From assembly GCA_902592965.1 (NCBI GenBank), contig CACJGL010000004.1, forward strand, positions 4,624 to 68,623: a DNA stretch of 64,000 bases, written 5' to 3'. Position numbers and translations under genes: made by a program. This stretch comes from an uncultured Pelagibacteraceae bacterium (lineage in GTDB: Bacteria > Pseudomonadota > Alphaproteobacteria > Pelagibacterales > Pelagibacteraceae). The notes under the pieces were generated by a model. The model saw only the letters and a list, made by a program, of their open reading frames with translations, had not been told where the DNA came from and did no database searches. Below are positions 60,358 to 64,000 of the stretch, piece after piece. Every line of letters begins with the position of its first letter. Position 1 is the first letter of the stretch.

Positions 60358-61512
60358 ATGAGATTGAAAGATTGTCATAACTTTAAAGATTTTAGAAAAC
60401 TTGCTAAGCAAAAACTGCCATCTCCAATATTTCATTATATTGATGGCGCTGCCGATGATGAAATAACTTATGGCAGAAATACTAGCGCATTTAATGATGT
60501 AGATTTGGTCCCAAACGTACTAAGGGGAGTTGAGAATGTCGACCTTTCCACAACTATTTTTGGAAAAAAGTTAGATCTACCTTTTTATTGCTCACCAACG
60601 GCACTACAAAGATTATTTCATTATGATGGTGAAAGAGCGGTAGGCAGAGCAGCTCAGAAATTTAACACTATGTTTGGAGTGTCTGCCTTAGCAACAGTTA
60701 GTGTTGAAGAAATATCATCTTTAATAGACACTCCAAAAATGTTTCAATTTTATTTCCATAAAGACAGAGGATTAAATGACTCTTGTTTAGAACGTGCAAA
60801 AGCAGCAAAATTTGATGTGATGGCTTTAACTGTTGATACGATAACAGGAGGAAATCGTGAAAGAGATTTAAGAACTGGATTTACATCACCTCCAAAATTA
60901 ACACTTTCGAGTTTGTTTAGTTTTGCCACAAAACCAATGTGGGGAATAAATTATTTAACCAAAGGAAAATTTGAACTACCACATCTTCAAGATTTCGTTA
61001 AAGAAGGCACTGACACAAATACTTCAATTGGTAATTATTTTTCTACTATGTTGGATCAATCTATGAACTGGGATGACGCAGAAAAATTGTGCTCTCAGTG
61101 GGGTGGCCATTTTGCGCTTAAAGGAGTTATGAGTGTTGAAGATGCTAAAAGAGCGGTTGATATCGGATGCACCGGTATAATGGTATCAAATCATGGAGGA
61201 AGACAACTTGATGGATCTAGATCACCTTTCGATCAATTAGCTGAAATTGTTGATGCAGTTGGTGATAAGTTAGATGTTATTTGTGAAGGTGGATTTCAAA
61301 GAGGCACTCATATGTTAAAAGCTTTATCTATGGGTGCAAAAGCATGTGCTGGTGGAAGATTATATCTCTATGCTTTAGCTGCAGCAGGACAGGAAGGTGT
61401 TGAGAGAGCACTTAACTTATATAAAACTGAATTAGTAAGAGACATGAAATTAATGGGCTGCACAAAGATCAGTGATCTTAATCGCAATAATTTAAGATTC
61501 CGAAATGCATGA
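60358..61512 (+). CDS. FMN-dependent alpha-hydroxy acid dehydrogenase, paralog 1 (LldD-like)
   Basis: FHYIDG, TVD...GNRERD, LKG, SNHGGRQLD. Confidence 0.95.
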   Translation: MRLKDCHNFKDFRKLAKQKLPSPIFHYIDGAADDEITYGRNTSAFNDVDLVPNVLRGVENVDLSTTIFGKKLDLPFYCSPTALQRLFHYDGERAVGRAAQKFNTMFGVSALATVSVEEISSLIDTPKMFQFYFHKDRGLNDSCLERAKAAKFDVMALTVDTITGGNRERDLRTGFTSPPKLTLSSLFSFATKPMWGINYLTKGKFELPHLQDFVKEGTDTNTSIGNYFSTMLDQSMNWDDAEKLCSQWGGHFALKGVMSVEDAKRAVDIGCTGIMVSNHGGRQLDGSRSPFDQLAEIVDAVGDKLDVICEGGFQRGTHMLKALSMGAKACAGGRLYLYALAAAGQEGVERALNLYKTELVRDMKLMGCTKISDLNRNNLRFRNA

Positions 61513-62660
61513 GCTTAAAGAATTGTTATAATTTTGAGGATTTTAGAAAGCTAGCCAAAAAAAAACTACCAGCTCCAATTTTTCATTACATTGATGGTGG
61601 CGCAGATGATGAAACTACTTTAAAGAGAAATACAAATTCATTCGATGATTGTGATTTAGTCCCTAATATTCTTAGAAGTGTAGGAGAACCAGATTTATCA
61701 ACAACAGTTTTTGGCAGAAAAATTGATATGCCAATTTTTTTATCACCTACTGCTATGCAAAGTTTATATCATCCTGATGGAGATAAAGCTTCAGCTAGAG
61801 CTGCAGAAAAATTTGGTACCATGTATAGTATGTCGACAATGGCATCATTTTCGATTGAAGAAATAGCTAACATATCAAGTGGTCCAAAATTATTCCAACT
61901 TTATATTCATAAAGATAAATCATTTACTGATGATTTAATTGATAGGTGCAAAAGAGCAAACTTTGATGGCCTGTGTTTAACAGTTGATACAATTGTTGCT
62001 GGAAATAGAGAAAGAGATCACAGAACTGGATTTACAACTCCTCCTAAATTTACTTTAGAAAGTATAATGAATTTTGCAATGAGACCAGGATGGTTATTTA
62101 GATATTTTACAAACAAAAAATTTGAACTAGCTAATATTAAACACAAAACTGATAAAGGAACTAATATTACAAAATCTGTAATTGATTATGTTAACGAACA
62201 GTATGATCCTAAAATGAACTGGGATGATGCAGAATATTGTATAAAAAAATGGGATGGACCTTTTGCACTAAAGGGTGTGATGTCTGTGGAGGATGCAAAG
62301 AGAGCAGTTGATATTGGTTGTACAGCGATAATAATTTCTAATCATGGAGGAAGACAGCTTGACGGATCTAGAACTCCATTTGATCAACTAAAGGCTATTT
62401 CAGATGCTGTGGGTGACAAGGTTGAGATAATTTTAGATGGAGGTGTTAGACGGGGAACTCATGTTCTCAAGGCTCTAGCTGCAGGTGCAACTGCTTGTAG
62501 TTTTGGTAAAGCTTTTTTGTTCAGTTTGGGAGCAGGTGGACAGCAAGGAGTAGAGAGGCTGCTTCAAAATATGCACGATGAAATTAGAAGAAATATGATC
62601 CTTATGGGCTGCAAAAGTGTAAAAGAGTTAGATAGATCAAAGATAATTTACCGTAATTAA
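61509..62660 (+). CDS. FMN-dependent alpha-hydroxy acid dehydrogenase, paralog 2 (LldD-like)
   Basis: FHYIDGG, SNHGGRQLD, DGGVRRG. Confidence 0.95.
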   Translation: MSLKNCYNFEDFRKLAKKKLPAPIFHYIDGGADDETTLKRNTNSFDDCDLVPNILRSVGEPDLSTTVFGRKIDMPIFLSPTAMQSLYHPDGDKASARAAEKFGTMYSMSTMASFSIEEIANISSGPKLFQLYIHKDKSFTDDLIDRCKRANFDGLCLTVDTIVAGNRERDHRTGFTTPPKFTLESIMNFAMRPGWLFRYFTNKKFELANIKHKTDKGTNITKSVIDYVNEQYDPKMNWDDAEYCIKKWDGPFALKGVMSVEDAKRAVDIGCTAIIISNHGGRQLDGSRTPFDQLKAISDAVGDKVEIILDGGVRRGTHVLKALAAGATACSFGKAFLFSLGAGGQQGVERLLQNMHDEIRRNMILMGCKSVKELDRSKIIYRN

Positions 62661-62749
62661 ATATTTTTTATAAATAATTTTTATTATTATTTTCACTTTA
62701 AATAAATAGACATGAAGTTGCTTTTCAGTTAGTTTGTCGACGAAAAATT

Positions 62750-63919
62750 ATGATTGAATTAGCAAAAGCATTAGATCGTTTAGGAACTGAAAGTGCATTT
62801 TCTGTTTTAGCAGAAGCAAAAAAATTAGAAGCACAAGGCAAACCTATGATTCATTTAGGTCTAGGACAACCTGACTTTAAAACTCCAAAACATGTAGTTG
62901 AAGCTGCAAAAAAAGCTCTAGATGATGGTCATCATGGTTATGTTTTATCAAATGGAATTCCAGAATGTCGAGAAGCTGTCGCAAGATGGGTCAAGAGACT
63001 TTATAATGCTGATATTGATCCAAATAGAGTTTTAATAATGCCAGGTGGTAAACCTACAATGTATTATGCAATTACTTGTTATGGAGAACCAGGTGTTGAA
63101 ATAATTCATCCTACTCCAGCTTTTCCAATTTATGAATCTATGATTAACTACTCTGGAGCGAAAGCTGTTCCATATGATTTAACTGAGGATAAAGATTTAA
63201 AATTTGATCCAGATAAAATTCTATCTTTGATAACTGACAAAACTAGACTTTTAATCTTAATTAATCCAAATAACCCAACTGGAAGTTTTGTTGAAAAACC
63301 TTCAATTGATTACCTGGCAAAAGAATTAGAAAAACATCCGCAGGTCACAATTTTAAGTGATGAAATTTATAGTAGACAAATTTTTGACTATAAAGAAATG
63401 CCAACTTTCTTTAACTATTCTAATTTAAGAGACAGATTAATTGTTCTTGAGGGTTGGAGTAAAGCATATTCTATGACTGGATGGAGACTTGGTTGGAGTT
63501 ACTGGCCAGAGCATTTGGTTGAACATGTAAACAAGCTTTTGATTAATAGTGTATCATGTGTAAATGCAGCAGCCCAATATGCTGGTATAGCTGCATTAGA
63601 TGGTCCAGAAGACTCAATTAAAGATATGTTAGACAAATTTACATTAAGAAGAAATTTAATTCATAAAGGATTAAATGATTTACCAGGAGTTGAGTGTAGT
63701 TTGCCGGGAGGAGCTTTTTATGCTTTTCCGAACATAAAAGGGACTGGCATGAATGGATCTGAGTTTTGCAAAAAAGCTATGCATGAAGCAGGTGTTGCAA
63801 TTGTTCCAGGTACTGCATTCGGTAAAACTTGTAATGATTATGTTAGATTTAGTTTTGCCGCATCTAGAGATAATATAATGCAAGCCTTAGAAAATATAGG
63901 CAAGATGCTTTCTAAATAA
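62750..63919 (+). CDS. Class I PLP-dependent aminotransferase (aspartate aminotransferase-like)
   Basis: GQPDF, NPNNPTG, SDEIY, SKAYSMTGWRLG, GAFY, RFSFA. Confidence 0.95.
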   Translation: MIELAKALDRLGTESAFSVLAEAKKLEAQGKPMIHLGLGQPDFKTPKHVVEAAKKALDDGHHGYVLSNGIPECREAVARWVKRLYNADIDPNRVLIMPGGKPTMYYAITCYGEPGVEIIHPTPAFPIYESMINYSGAKAVPYDLTEDKDLKFDPDKILSLITDKTRLLILINPNNPTGSFVEKPSIDYLAKELEKHPQVTILSDEIYSRQIFDYKEMPTFFNYSNLRDRLIVLEGWSKAYSMTGWRLGWSYWPEHLVEHVNKLLINSVSCVNAAAQYAGIAALDGPEDSIKDMLDKFTLRRNLIHKGLNDLPGVECSLPGGAFYAFPNIKGTGMNGSEFCKKAMHEAGVAIVPGTAFGKTCNDYVRFSFAASRDNIMQALENIGKMLSK

Positions 63920-63956
63920 ACTGTATTTTTAATTAATATTTTTGTATTATTAAAGA

Positions 63957-64000
63957 ATGAACGAAACTGTCCAAGCAGAATTAAAAAAGATATTTAACGG
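63957..64000 (+). CDS. Start of a probable CDS running off the window
   Basis: ATG-MNETVQAELKKIFN open to the end; too short to identify. Confidence 0.4.
   Translation, partial: MNETVQAELKKIFN

Noticed and set aside
851-63883. Many short antisense or nested ORFs in the ORF track (e.g. 851-1084, 7984-8253, 9167-9463, 14143-14478, 46834-47178, 52362-52658)
   Set aside because: They lie fully within well-supported genes and lack motifs; they are shadow ORFs
1-64000. CRISPR arrays, IS elements, prophage genes, rRNA
   Set aside because: No regularly spaced repeats, transposase, integrase, phage-like ORFs or rRNA-like sequence seen by eye

Overview
AT-rich, tightly packed alphaproteobacterial chromosome segment whose gene content, order and very short spacers look like SAR11/Pelagibacterales (taxon inferred, not searched). 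The core backbone runs dnaQ, secB, fxsA, hslUV, hisBHAFE, ftsK, tRNA-Gly, purH, rpe, acs, tsaD, hemCD, folD, two photolyases, argG, ccmCDEFGH, tandem FMN 2-hydroxyacid dehydrogenases and an aminotransferase. Two accessory regions stand out. (1) A TRAP transporter plus two tandem type IV pilins lie between hisE and a HIT gene. (2) An ~11 kb integrase-free island between tsaD and an EVE-domain gene holds two stacked modules: a 2-hydroxyethylphosphonate surface-modification cassette (cytidylyltransferase-PepM, Ppd, Pdh, TagF-like transferase, LtaS/sulfatase-like protein) and a ferritin-like diiron protein / carbamoyltransferase / DUF5989-like / SGNH / MORN module. The modules are joined by a 139-bp diverged duplicate of the EVE 5' end fused to a tsaD-like tail. 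Other oddities: an in-frame Acs-ActP chimera, three +1 homopolymer frameshifts in conserved genes (likely sequencing errors), several small ORFs missing from the ORF track, and a candidate sRNA hairpin between hspQ and ccmC.
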